A stretch of 64,000 bases of DNA from Vezdaea acicularis (taxonomy: Eukaryota): the NCBI GenBank assembly GCA_026025075.1, contig JAPEUI010000040.1, positions 62,001-126,000 of the forward strand. The letters are read 5' to 3'. The position numbers were made by a program, and so were the translations under genes. Below, piece after piece: positions 11,250 through 23,467 of the stretch. The notes under the pieces were generated by a model. That model was not told where the DNA came from. It made no database searches and worked only from the letters and a program-made list of their open reading frames with translations. The first letter of the stretch is position 1, and each line of letters begins with the position of its first letter.

Positions 11250-11939
11250 CTACCGCTCGTGACGGCCCATAGCGCCATGATATATCCTTCTCCAAGCTCT
11301 TGAATTTCTAAACCGATATAATGCTAGTACGATCAAAGTAAGGGCGAAAGCCCACCAAACAAGATATGCCGTTGACGGCATTCCATTCATATTTCCTGTT
11401 GTCGTTATATCATCCCTTGAGTGTGCCGCTGTTGGTGTGTGAGGTAGTGAAGTCGCCTGCATGAGCCCGCCACCATCATGAAAGTCTATAGCGTCTTCCT
11501 CGACCGGAGTTCCCATCAATGGTGTGTCCAAACTCCCAGAGAGTGCATTGGGGATAGCTGATGGGTCTTCCAAAGTCGTCTCTATTGACGAAGGTTGGTT
11601 TGAGGGTATTTTGACGTTCATCGGCTCCAGCTGGGCTCCAACAGGGTATTGTGCTTCTTGTGCAGCCATTGCTTCTTCGCTCATGGTAAGGGCAGCTTGC
11701 CCTTCTGTTGGGGCCACCAGTGCCCATTCTGGTTTCGGCGGTGGTAAAGGAGCTGTTTCGGGATCGTCTGCAAAGATATCGTAGGGTGCGGGCTCCTTCA
11801 AGAGATGCGCATATCGCCGTTGCTGTTCCGCCGTACCATACAGAGCAAGAAGATAGTTCCTCCGTTTCTCTTCGATTGCCTTTCGCTCTGCTCTAGTGAG
11901 CGTTTTGAGGTTTAGCCGCCCGGGCGGAGGAGGCGGCAT
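11250..11939 (-). CDS. Hypothetical protein with a C-terminal transmembrane helix and basic tail
   Basis: 229-aa ATG ORF ending AYLVWWAFALTLIVLALYRFRNSRAWRR; no family recognised; 5' end uncertain. Confidence 0.5.
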   Translation of the reverse strand: MPPPPPGRLNLKTLTRAERKAIEEKRRNYLLALYGTAEQQRRYAHLLKEPAPYDIFADDPETAPLPPPKPEWALVAPTEGQAALTMSEEAMAAQEAQYPVGAQLEPMNVKIPSNQPSSIETTLEDPSAIPNALSGSLDTPLMGTPVEEDAIDFHDGGGLMQATSLPHTPTAAHSRDDITTTGNMNGMPSTAYLVWWAFALTLIVLALYRFRNSRAWRRIYHGAMGRHER

Positions 11940-12650
11940 CCCTGTTCGAGGCTCTGAACAGCCTCAAGGGTACTTTGTGGAACAATAGTGAAAACAAAGC
12001 TCGCCGGCGACGCTGCTTTCTACCAGCTCCGTCGAGGAGGCGGGATACTGGTTGAAACACAGACAGAGTGCAAGGGAACGAGGTCAGAAGACATTGATTT
12101 ATCGAGCTGGATTTTTGGGAAACAAACGCTTTCGATGCATGAACGAGGTGACAGAGCACGGTGCAGACTTTTGTCACACGGGAAGGCCCGACGGCGAATG
12201 ATATGAGCTGGCAGCTCGTATCGGGAAAGGAGCGCGCCGACAGGGCTGCCTTGGCCTTGGCCCCCATCGGCACTGGCCCCCAGTGGCCCCAGAGAGAATG
12301 AGGCCATCACTAGGGAACATCTCAATCTCGGCCGGTAGTATGCGAGCGTCGATGCTGGCGAAAGGACACGCGGCTCGACTTGATGGACCAATTACGAGAT
12401 CACCAAATCTCAACTCGCAGTTCAGCTCATTTTTGGTGTTTTCTCCCTTTCCACGGTTGCAGCTTCTGGAAAGGCGTGAAGGCCGAAAGGGAATAGCGCC
12501 GTCTCGCTTACCCCACCAGCGCGCCGCCGTTGGGAATTCGTGATTGCCTCATAATCTGACTCCCCATCCCTACATCTTCACCTTGCCTAGAACATTACCC
12601 CTCCCCCCCACCAAGCCCTCAATTCAGCGCATTGATGCGCATTCGCCAAT

Positions 12651-13904
12651 ATGGCAGCAAGCAGGACTCGGATACCTCATCTCAGCACACTCTCACGATG
12701 CCGAGCCAGTTCCCCACGTCCTGCAGCTGCAATGCATCTTACGCGTGCATTCGCCACTGCAGCCCCCGAACCTAGCGCAACGGACACAACCCCACGGCGA
12801 CGACCGACCTCATTCAAAGACAAATTGAGCTTAGGCCCATCATTCGCAGACTTTGTTGGAGGAGGCAGTTCAGAAGCTTCGGAAGCTCTGACGCCAGAGG
12901 ATGCGCTCGAACTAAAGACCGCCCTGGTTGGACCCCCGGGGAAGAAGAAGGAGATTACAAGGCTTCCAGAGTGGCTGAAGACACCTGTTCCGATAGGCGA
13001 TAATTATAAGAAGATCAAGAATGACCTGAGGGGTCTGAACTTGCATACTGTGTGCGAGGAAGCGAGATGCCCGAACATATCAGATTGCTGGGGCGGTTCG
13101 TCGAAGAGTGCTGCAACGGCAACCATAATGCTCATGGGGGACACTTGCACGAGAGGATGTCGGTTCTGCAGCGTTAAGACATCAAAAGCCCCTCCACCGC
13201 TTGATCCGCATGAGCCAGAACATACTGCTGAAGCCCTTTCGAGGTGGGGCCTAGGCTACGTTGTCTTAACGTCTGTCGATCGCGACGACTTGGCAGACGG
13301 CGGGGCGCGTCACTTCGCGGAGACAATTATGAAGATTAAACAAAAGGCTCCTAGTATGCTCGTCGAAGCGCTGACAGGCGACTACGCCGGCGACCTTGAG
13401 ATGGTCGACCTCGTAGCCCAGTCCGGGCTAGACGTCTATGCCCACAACGTCGAAACCGTCGAAGCTCTAACACCACAAGTACGAGACCGCCGCGCAACCT
13501 TCCGCCAAAGCTTAGCCGTCCTTCAAAGAGCCAAGGCCGCGAGAGAAGGCCTCATCACAAAGACAAGCATCATGCTCGGCCTTGGCGAGACGGAAGAACA
13601 GCTCTGGGAGGCTCTGCGCGAGTTACGCGCCGTCGACGTCGATGTCGTCACTTTTGGCCAGTACATGCGTCCCACCAAGCGCCATATGAAGGTCCATGAG
13701 TACGTGACCCCTGCGACCTTTGAGCTGTGGCGGCAGCGTGCGCTGGATATGGGATTTCTCTACGTGGCTAGCGGACCGCTGGTCAGGAGCTCCTATAAGG
13801 CGGGCGAGGCGTTCATTGAGAACGTGCTCAAGAAGAGAGCGCGGAAGAGTCAAACAGCAATCGCAGATGCTACTATGGAGGCTGAGAAGAGCATCTCGCG
13901 GTGA
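12651..13904 (+). CDS. LIP5: Lipoyl synthase, mitochondrial
   Basis: [12 protein letters not shown], radical-[20 protein letters not shown]-terminal [10 protein letters not shown]. Confidence 0.98.
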   Translation: MAASRTRIPHLSTLSRCRASSPRPAAAMHLTRAFATAAPEPSATDTTPRRRPTSFKDKLSLGPSFADFVGGGSSEASEALTPEDALELKTALVGPPGKKKEITRLPEWLKTPVPIGDNYKKIKNDLRGLNLHTVCEEARCPNISDCWGGSSKSAATATIMLMGDTCTRGCRFCSVKTSKAPPPLDPHEPEHTAEALSRWGLGYVVLTSVDRDDLADGGARHFAETIMKIKQKAPSMLVEALTGDYAGDLEMVDLVAQSGLDVYAHNVETVEALTPQVRDRRATFRQSLAVLQRAKAAREGLITKTSIMLGLGETEEQLWEALRELRAVDVDVVTFGQYMRPTKRHMKVHEYVTPATFELWRQRALDMGFLYVASGPLVRSSYKAGEAFIENVLKKRARKSQTAIADATMEAEKSISR

Positions 13905-14108
13905 CGCCCCGTCTCGATGGAGTAGATGTAAGGAAGGCATGCATTGACCTAGGCGTTGGTATTTGTTTCAACATTTCTGCATTGGGAATGTTGCATAGAG
14001 TATTACACTAGATATATAGAAGCGCCAGCCCTCCCAAGAGGTCGAACGATGGAATGATGGCTCAACGCCACAACTCCCTTAAAGTACGCCATGTCCCATC
14101 CCTTCGGA

Positions 14109-15060
14109 TCATGCAGTGTCCGTATCTCCCATAACAATGCTTAAAGATCTCTTCGCCTCCTCGACCGCATGTTCCAGCGCTGCCAACTTCGCCATTACGG
14201 CCATAAGACACGGATCCTGACTCTCAACCCTGATCTTCTCCCGAACCTTGACCTCCCCCTCCCCCCACCGGAACAGCTGCTCGACCTCATCATGACTGGG
14301 TGCCGCCGGACCCAGCAAGGGCGCAAACGTCTTCCTCAGGGACAAACCCGTTATAGAAGCGCTCGCTCCTGGCGTTATAGGCGTCAAGTGTCGGAGAGTG
14401 AGGGCGAGCGAGGAATCGCTGAAGGAGAGGGAAAGGGAAAGATTGGCGTCCAATGGGGGCGTGAAGAGCTCAGCGGGGATGCTGTGTCTTGTCCATTCGT
14501 GGGCCTCGCGCTCTTCGTTGCGAGTCACGCCTTTGAGAAGACTGCGCGCCTCTTGGATGTGCGCGAGGAGCGCCGCGAGTCTGTCCTTCACCTTCCGCGC
14601 GTCTTCGGAGCCTTCTTCTTTCTCGCCGGTTTGGACAATTTCTAGGGCGGTCTGAAGGAGGCCGACAACCGCTTCTAAGGGGGCGATCACGAAGGAGGAC
14701 GAGCTGGGGAGGAGGACGAGTTGGGTTGCGGGCAGGGAGGGGATTCGCAGGGTGATGTTCACGCTGGTGATGCTGGATCCGTGGCGGGTGATGGTACCTT
14801 TAAGGGCTTCGGAGCGGTGCGTGCTTAGGGGGAGAATGGAGGGCGGTTGGGAAGGAGAGAGAAGGGAGAGAGATTCCGTGAGGCCAGGGGAGAGCGTTGT
14901 TAGGATTTGGCGTAGGGCTTTCAGAAGCCAGGCGAGCTCACGGGCCTGTCAGGTCAGTCTTTGCAGGATTAGAGGGTTTGATAGATAGACGTACCAGTGA
15001 GGCTTCCTCTGCCTTTTGCAGCTCATGAGGCGGAAGTGGTGGCCAGACAGTCGTCGACAT
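14109..15060 (-). CDS. RAV2: RAVE subunit 2 / Rogdi-family protein; intron 14946-14994
   Basis: MSTTVWPPLPP..EEASL|ARELAWLL..LPLSTHRSEALKGTITRHGS and C-terminal VREKIRVESQDPCLMAVMAKLAALEH, as I recall for Rogdi-family fungal proteins. Confidence 0.75.
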
Positions 15061-15791
15061 ATTGAAACCTTTGATATGTGTCGAGAGCAGGCCGGCTAGG
15101 GTAGTCCTGTTTCGAGATGCATTAAGCGACAGCCTCGGTCCGACATGCCCCTGCTCGGATGGAAGGATCGCGAAGACTGGACCGGTTGCTCCCGGAAAGC
15201 CGCACGGATCATAACAACGAGCGCTCAAGTGTATCCAAACAACAACACGACAAGCTGCGCAACGCTATCTTACATGCGACTGAAGACATATTGAGAGAGA
15301 TATCGGCCTCGTGGGCAGACTTCGCAGGGGAGGGTTAGCTTGTTGCCTGTTCGGGCAGCGTGACCTTAGCGGGAAAGACCGCGCGCGATCAGAGATCAGA
15401 GCGAAAGGGGAATGACGTAGACTTTTGCATCCGCTAGCGCAATTGAACTCCCACGCCGTCTGCGGAAACGGGCGAGCTCTCGGTGGCCCATTTTCGCTGC
15501 GTGATCGGGCTTAGTGACACTCATCATCATCACCGTGGCTGGACTGACCCTGTCGTCACTCGACCGCTGTTGACCGTACACGGCAACCTATAATCCTCCG
15601 TTCTGCCCACATTCCGAGCCCGGTAGTTGTCACAACCATCGTCAACAGTGTGGAAATTCCTCCCACGAACCCAGGAGGTAATCGATATCGTCGCATAGAC
15701 AGATTGGACCGCAAAGCTGATCGGTCGCATTTACAGTGCCCTTGAGCCTACGACTATCCATAACAAGAGCGTTTTAGTAATACCCAACACA

Positions 15792-16713
15792 ATGGCAGCA
15801 AGTATGTGTTCGTTCGGAATCGTTCGGGACAAAAGAACATCTTCTAATTGATCGCGTTCTTAGGAACACCACTCGCGTTTGTGTCCTTAATCCTCACCGG
15901 CGGCGCCATTCTACTCCTCTTCTTTATCGTCCTCGGTGGTACCCACAACTCGAGGCCAATCAACAATGTATACTTTTTAAGAGCTGCTACGGATGGTATC
16001 AAAGGCGCTCCACCCTCATCGCAATGGACATTGTGGAATCTTTGCACAACTGGTGACAATGGCCTGAATACCGACTGTGGAAAGTCAAAGCCGGCTTTCC
16101 CATTTGATCCGCCCAAGAACTTCGGGACGGCTACTGATCTAGATCCCTTCGTCGGGTACATCTTCCTCACGAGCCACTCGTTATTCCCCTAACTAACAAT
16201 TCATTGTAGCCGAAAGAGGTATTACTACCTGTCGAGATTCGCATTTGCGTTCTATCTGATTGCGCTGTTCTTCACGGTCTGCGCATTCTTCAGCGGCTTC
16301 CTTGCATTGTGCACTCGTCTTGGAGGACGCCTTTCCGGACTATGGGCTGCCATTGCTCTCTTCTTCGAAACAGCCGCGGCGTGCTGCATGACGTGAGCCA
16401 TCCTTTTCCCAGTCCTTGAAGATCGCGTCACCTAACATGTTGTATTAGTGCTTGGGTTGTAATGGGCAATAGCGCCTTCAAGTCCATTAATCGGGCCCAC
16501 AAAATCGGTGTATATGCCATGGCCTTCACATGGGCCGCTTTCGCATGCCTCTTAATTGCAACGGTCCTCTTCTGCAGCTCTAGCAAAGGCGACACTACCT
16601 ATAGCAGCTCCACTAAGAAATCGAGATTCGGACGCTTCGGACGCAAGAAGAGCACTAGGTCTCGGGGCAGCTTCATCGATAGTGAGAGGAATATGAAGGA
16701 TGATTACTCTTAG
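15792..16713 (+). CDS. SUR7: SUR7/PalI-family eisosome tetraspan protein; introns 15802-15863, 16156-16209, 16393-16448
   Basis: Claudin-like WTLWNLC..C loop, PAFPFDPPKNFGT, YYYLSRFAF, four TM segments, C-terminal RSRGSF; splicing keeps frame. Confidence 0.9.
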
Positions 16714-17557
16714 GTCCCCCCAACTCTAATATTCGCATAATCTGGAAATCGTCTGTGGGTTTAAAGAGATTGTATCTACGCTGTTTGATGTCCATCAGGA
16801 TCACTTTTGTTTTAATCACTGCTGCATTCTGTAGGTGCAGCGGAAGGGCTCTGGCTCTGGATCGTTATCTTGGTAACATGCAGCGATGTATATAACAGTT
16901 TAAATGGGCTTCCTGGCCATAATGGCTTTGCTCTATCCAAGGATATTTAAAAATTGGACGTCTTCAAAACATATTGAGAAGACTTTTCAGAACTTTGCAG
17001 AAGCTAGAGTACTTGTGTATTCTGATCCGGACTCCTTGCTTCTGTATCGCCTGCGCAATGAATGAAATACAGTTGAAGGGTAAAGATCTGAATCGGGTGT
17101 AGCCACCGACCTCGACTTCCAGCCAATTCATCAATCGACATACCTGTCCGTCCAATCAAGATGCAAAAGCAGCAGTTTCGATGGAAATGATCTCCGCGGT
17201 TGTGTCCTCGCTAAAATAAAGTGCAACCCTATGCGATGCAGTGGGCTGATATGGCGTTATCGGTAACGGAATTTTTCAGTGGGGCTAGATGGCAAAGCTT
17301 CTTTGTAGATTAACCCCGATTCTGATCCCAACCATGGAGATTGTCCAGAGGCCAGAGGTGTTTAGTGCCCCGGGTGTTGTCCTATCGATAGCAGGTGGCA
17401 ATTCTCAATTTACGTTAATGCCCCTCTCACCATTCTGGACGCTCCCAGTCAATACAAAAGTCTCGAAGACCAGTAATCAACCACTTTGCGCGCCAGACGA
17501 CAATTACTTTCCCAGCGGCCTCTTTTTGTCATGAATCATTCATAGAAGGCTATCAGT

Positions 17558-19263
17558 ATGACACAAGCCTTACTCACGGCCGTCAACTCAACATCACACG
17601 TCCATCTAATCGTTGGCTCGAATCCTCTCGCAGCGGCAAGATGCAACCGCTCAATCGAGGTCGGCGCAAAACCCAAGGTGATTGCACCCGCGGACGCCAC
17701 TGTACATTATGGTCTGCAGAAGAGGATTGATGAAGGAGAGGTGGAGTGGGTTAAGAAGACATTCGAGGAGTTCGACTTGAAGACTCTTGGGCGAGATGAG
17801 GTCGACAATGTGGTGGACGCTGTCTTTGTGACTTTAGGGTCTCGAAGCCCGATGGGTCAGTCGCATCCTCAAGAATCAATCGAGATCACTACTGACTATA
17901 CCTAGGCGTTCACATATCAGACCTCTGCCGCCGCCTCCGTATTCCCGTCAACGTTGCCGACGCCCCAAACCTCTGTACCTTTACCCTCCTGAGTACCTAC
18001 ACCGACGGCCCCCTCCAAATTGGGATCACAACCTCCGGCAAGGGCTGTAAACTAGCCTCTCGCATCCGACGCGAAGTCGTCTCATCCCTTCCTCCGAACC
18101 TAGGCCAAGCCTGCGAACACCTTGGAAAGCTTCGAAAACGAATATGGGAAGAAGACCACTCGAGCGACCTGGATGCAGAAGCCGAAGAAGACTCTGGTGG
18201 ACAGACAGCGACGTTCAATAAGCTGATCTTGCCGGAGGATGTCGTAGCTGCTAGGGGCAGGCGCATGCGCTGGCTAAGTCAGATATGCGAATACTGGCCG
18301 CTCAAACGCCTGACTATGATCACGGACGCCGACATGAACACAATTCTACTCTCCTATGCTTCCTCCACCAACCCCGAGAACGGCGGGATTGAAGCCCTAG
18401 CCATAGACGCCCGCCTCCAGAAAGCACGCATCATCCTCGCCGGGTCCGGCCCAGGAAGCCCCTCCCTCCTAACCCTCGCGACGCACCGCGCCATCCAAAG
18501 CGCCGACGTGATCCTCGCCGACAAGCTCGTCCCCGCCCCCGTCCTCGACCTAATCCCGCGCCGCACAACCGTGCACATCGCCCGCAAGTTCCCCGGCAAC
18601 GCCGAAGCCGCACAGGAAGAGCTCCTCTCCATCGGTCTGGACGCGCTGAAACGGGGCCTCTGCGTGCTCCGCCTCAAACAGGGCGATCCGTACATCTACG
18701 GGCGCGGCGGCGAAGAGTACGCCTTTTTCGATAGTCATGGATACGCGCCGACTGTCCTCCCAGGCATCACGTCTGCGCTGAGCGCGCCCTTGTTTGCGAG
18801 GGTTCCGCCTACCCAGCGCGCGGTTGCGGATCAGATCCTCATCTGCACGGGAACGGGGCGCAAGGGGAAAGCGCCGGAGCCCCCGCCGTTCAGGGAGGCG
18901 CAGACGGTCGTGTTCCTCATGGCGTTGCATCGGCTCGAGGCGCTTGTGCTGTCGCTTACTGTGCCTGAGAAGGGGGAAGAAGGGGATGACGGAGGAGCTA
19001 GGAAATTGTGGCCGGTGGACACGCCGTGTACGGTCGTGGAACGGGCGAGTTGTCCCGATCAGAGGGTCATACGCGCCACGCTGGCAACGGTTTGTGCGGC
19101 GGTGGAGGAGGAGGGTGCGAGGCCGCCTGGTTTGTTGGTGTTGGGAAGAGCGTGTGAGGCGCTAGTGCCGTTGAAGGGGAAGCCGTGGGTCGTGGAGGAG
19201 GGATGTCCCATCACGGGGTTTGAAGACTTTCCGCAAGCTGTAAGCACTGAGGTTGGAATTTGA
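17558..19263 (+). CDS. MET1: Uroporphyrinogen-III C-methyltransferase with N-terminal siroheme-synthase (CysG-like) domain; intron 17856-17905
   Basis: RIPVNVADAPNLCTF, LQIGITTSGKGCKLA, LAGSGPG, ILADKLV, RLKQGDPYIYGRGGEE, VLPGITSA. Confidence 0.93.
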
Positions 19264-19544
19264 TAGTCTGCGCGTTGGCGTCGAAGGGTGGGCGGCTTGA
19301 TAAACTGGGAATCCTATAGTCGGGTTCAATCACTGCAGCCGTTCGAATACGATGATGACAAATCTGCGTCTGACTTGCACGTCTATGGCACAAATGATGT
19401 TTCTAGTTGGCTAGGATGGCTTCTCCACCATCCATCAAGAAATCAACCGCATCCGTAGTATATGCCCTGCTCCCAATCCCACCCGCCTGTATCTCAGTCA
19501 CACAAGTCCTAACGCCCTTCCAACCGCACCTTCAAGCCACTGCT

Positions 19545-20057
19545 CTACCCACAGCTCTTACATTCCGGTCCCCTAACATCATCCACAGTCCCCAACTTCC
19601 TCCCGCCCCCACTCCCGTTCCCACCGCCATACGGCCCGTTCCCACCAGAGCCTCTTCCCCCGGCAGCGCCCCTCGGCGCATCCCTGGCCAGCGCGGTGGC
19701 ACTCCGGTTCGTGACGGAAAAGCGCGAGTCCGCAGCCGCATTATATGGGTCCAACTACAGTACTTAATATCAGCCTCTGATCGAATGCGTGGCGGAACGA
19801 GCTTCGCTTCAGGCGCAGAAGGGGAAGAGGTGAAGGAAGAGAGGGAGGATGTGGGAAGGGGAACGTACAGCGAATAGGGTGGTGACGTAAAGTCCGAGGA
19901 TGTTGTAGGCGTTTATTCCGGCGGTGCGAAGGCGGACGCTTAAGGGCGGTCTGTAGGAGGTGGGTTAGTTGGTTGATAGGATAGGAAGGGGGGAAGAGAG
20001 AGCGAACGCGGAGAGAACGCGGCCTTCGGAGATGTAGGTCTGGCGTGGAGTTGCCAT
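19545..20057 (-). CDS. Selenoprotein K (SelK/SelG)-like small membrane protein, Cys form; introns 19951-20007, 19755-19868
   Basis: Spliced product MATPRQTYISEGRVLSAPPLSVRLRTAGINAYNILGLYVTTLFALDPY..Gly-rich..RKLGTVDDVRGPECKSCG, stop TAG. Confidence 0.75.
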
Positions 20058-20287
20058 GTTGATTTGATGGGTGGTGGTTGAGGATGTTGTGTAATGGCAG
20101 GAAGTTGGAGGATGAGGGAAAGATGAGGTTGAAAGTGGCTCGATGCCAGTGCCAAGAGGAATTCTGCCGCGTTTCACACCGCCTTTGTTACGAAACCGTT
20201 GGAGAGAAATGATAGCGTCTCTACTTCTTCAAAGACGGAACAGAGCAATCTTTGACACCTTTCCAAACATGCGCTCACCGCGCAAGC

Positions 20288-21318
20288 ATGTTCATAACGC
20301 AACGCCGACCCCACGGCGACAAAGAAGGCACGCGCAAAGACGCTCACTCCCCTGAGCCACTCCCCGCTCCCACACCCTCACCCCCCAAACACCCCCCCCT
20401 CCTGCACTGGATCGACCTCCCCCCCTGGCAGCGCGACAACCACTACATCCAGACCTCCTACCGACCCGCCTCCTCCTCCTACCTTTCCTCCCTCCACAGC
20501 CTTTCCTACCTCCACAACGAGACCGTAAACATCTACACACACCTCCTCGGCTCCCTCTTCTTCCTCATCCTGCCCCTCCCTCTCTACCAATCCCTCTCTG
20601 CGCGCTACCCCACCGCCACAACCGCCGATGTCTGCGCATTCGCATGCTTTTTCCTAGGTGCTGCAAGCTGTTTGGGGATGTCCGCCGCGTTTCACTTGGT
20701 GAGCAACCACTCCCACGCTGTTGCCGCGTGGGGGAATAAGTTGGATTACGTCGGTATCGTCTTCTTGATCGCGGGGAGCGCCGCGCCGAGTATTTTCTAC
20801 GGGTTTAAATGCCATCCGACGCTACAGATTATCTACTGGAGCATGGTACACTCCTACCCCCCCCCCCTCCCTCCTTCCCGCCCAATCAAACCAAACTAAC
20901 CCCCTCCCCCCCCCGGGGGGGACACCAGATCTCCACCCTAGGCCTCCTCTGCAGCATCCTCTCCATCCATCCCAAATTCCGCTCTCCAACCTACCGCCCC
21001 CTCCGCGCCCTCCTCTTCAGCACCTACGGCCTCTCCGCCGCTATCCCCGTTCTCCACGGTCTCACCATCTACACCCCTTACGAGCTGAACCAGCGCATGA
21101 GCCTCGCCTACGTCGTGCTCCAAGGGGGTCTTTACATCCTTGGCGCCGCCATCTATGCCATGCGTATCCCCGAGCGGTGGGCCCCAGGAGTGTTCGATGT
21201 GTGGGGTGCGAGTCATCAGGTTTTTCACTTTCTGGTGCTCGGGGCGGCGGGGGTGCAGTTGTGCGGGTTACTGGAAGCGTTGGGGTACTGGCATAGGGAG
21301 GGGGGGCGGGAGTGTTGA
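20288..21318 (+). CDS. PAQR/HlyIII (Izh/adiponectin-receptor-like) membrane protein; intron 20846-20928
   Basis: LPPWQRDNHYIQTSYR, LHNETVNIYTHLLG, SAAFHLVSNHS, LDYVGI, IPERWAPGVFDVWGASHQVFH. Confidence 0.95.
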
Positions 21319-22896
21319 TATTGGTTCAGGGGGCTTGGGGGAGCGGGGTTCGTACAGTTTGTGGATATGTATCGTGTATGCATTTCTATAGATGTATTAC
21401 CAAATACTTCCTCGAAGCTCAAGACTGAACAGGGACTCCCCCACCAGCTCCATCCTCAAACACAATCTAGACCACCGACTCTATCCACACTCCGAGCCCC
21501 TTCCCCTCCCCCTTCTTCCCCAGCAGACCAACACCAAACACCGAGAAAACCCTGAAGAAGACGAAACGCGGGATCCAACCTAGCATTTTCATACCTTACC
21601 TTACCTATCCTACCCATCCCCCGAACAGAGCCCACAAAGAAAGAAAGAAAGAGCGCAGCGTAGCAGACCCCAAGATCTCACCCCCCCTTTTCCCCCAAAA
21701 GGAGAACCGAATCACAAATGTGAGAGAAAGGGAAAATCCACTCACCCTCAGAGACCCATCCCAGTATTGCTAGCCAAGAAACACCCCCGGCTGAGATTCA
21801 CGCGGTGATGTGATTGATTTGATTCATTGGTCAATTGTTCAATAACAAAACCGAAGCCGAACGGATACGTGAGGGAGGGAGGAGGTGAAGAAAGGTGAGG
21901 TTTGAAGTCTTGAGCCACGATGATACTACGACGACAATGAAGAGGCAGGGGGCACGGAGGCAGGATACAGTCGAAAGGGGTGCAAGAAGCGGAGGAGAGA
22001 GAGGGGGAAGGGGGTAATCTCAACCTCAGGCAGACGGCCGAGGGGTGTTGAAAAAGGAAAGAGACTCCGTGAGGCCGAACAAATGTCGCGCATCCCAGGA
22101 GCGAAGGGCGGAAGAAGATACGAGCAGAACACCGGCGCTGGAGAACGACCGCGTAACGGGAAGAAATCGAGCGTCGTCGTGGTCGGCATCATCGTCGTTC
22201 GAGAAGTTCACGCGGCACCCAAGCACAAAGAGATCCCATTTCGTTCTTTTGAAAAAGGGGCGCCACGCTGCTGTTTTGATGAAGCGTGACGCCCCACACG
22301 TTGATATTATTTGATTCTCGAGTCGCCGTAGATGAGCAGACGTCGAAGAGACCAACGGCTCTAGTGAGCCACGTATAGTACTGTTGCTGCTGCTGCTATC
22401 GCTGCTGCTGTTGATGCTTTCGCTCCGTCATTCTTCTGCGAGCCTTTTGAAGAAAATTATATACATGAGAGATGATGTCGCCAACTACCCATTCCTCTTA
22501 CTCCTTCGGCGTGGCAACTTGGTTTCGTGTCGCACTATTACAAGCTCTTCAACCCTTGACAAGTCGTAGTTCATGACAAGGTAACAATCAGACGCCAATC
22601 CCCGTGCACCAAACAAAGACAAAACAAAGGCTCCAACCAGAATGCAACAGTAGTAGATGATGATAGAACGTTCAGACATCCGACCTGTAACTCCCCCCCT
22701 AGAATTGATATGCGCGTTTCGGTAGCCTCCTGTTGAGAACTAGGCCGCTAACGATTCGAGACAACCCCCTCAGTCCACAAACGCCGACTTGTTCCTATTA
22801 ATGAAATACTTTAACGTGCATAAATGCAATGAAGTAAAGCAAAGGAACCAATGTCCCAATGACTAGATTGGGGCGTCTCCGGAAGCCTTGAGAATG

Positions 22897-23017
22897 GGTC
22901 CTGGCAGTCCTCAATGGTCCTGGAGGTCCCAAGGTCCTGGAGATTTCAAGGTCCTGGAGGTTCCAAGGTCCTGGAGGTTCTAAGGGCCAGGAAGTTAAAA
23001 GGTCCTGGAGGTCCTAG
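22897..23017. repeat. Minisatellite, 7 copies of a ~17-bp unit (consensus GGTCCTGGAGGTTCCAA)
   Basis: Units start at 22897, 22916, 22933, 22950, 22967, 22984 and 23001. Confidence 0.9.
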
Positions 23018-23467
23018 ACCATAATTATATATTCTCCCAAAAGAAGCGGCCAGTCCCAACATGAAATTGAGACCCAGTTTGGTACATGGTCCAGACCAGA
23101 CATAGCTAGTATCCTTAGAACCCCTGCAGACCAGTAGAAATGATCAGGTAGTCCCGTTTATCACGAAACTTTCCAACAAAAAATAGCGACCAGAGAGAAA
23201 CCCCTTGGAGTGGAGAGCCAAAAGCCCAAGGTAGCCAGGAGACGCCCCAGTAGTATATGGTCCAGATTTTGTTAAGGGCCATACCCGCTAAGAGTAACAA
23301 AGACACGCTTCAAAGAAGTAGCCTCCTCCGACATCTAAGTTCGGCTCGCATGAACGAGCTGAACTGTAATGAGAATTGGCCAAGAGGGCCAGAAGACGCG
23401 AGACCAGCTCTCGCAAGGGATAGGCCAAAGTTGTCGATCATTGATCCATAGAAGAGGGCTGGGTTCC

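Noticed and set aside
19300..19547. Sec read-through or SECIS for the SelK-like gene
   Set aside because: The terminal codons are TGT GGG TAG (Cys-Gly-stop), with no in-frame TGA.
22897..23017. CRISPR-like repeat-spacer array
   Set aside because: Eukaryotic context, 17-bp period, tails related to each other, no cas genes; it is a minisatellite.
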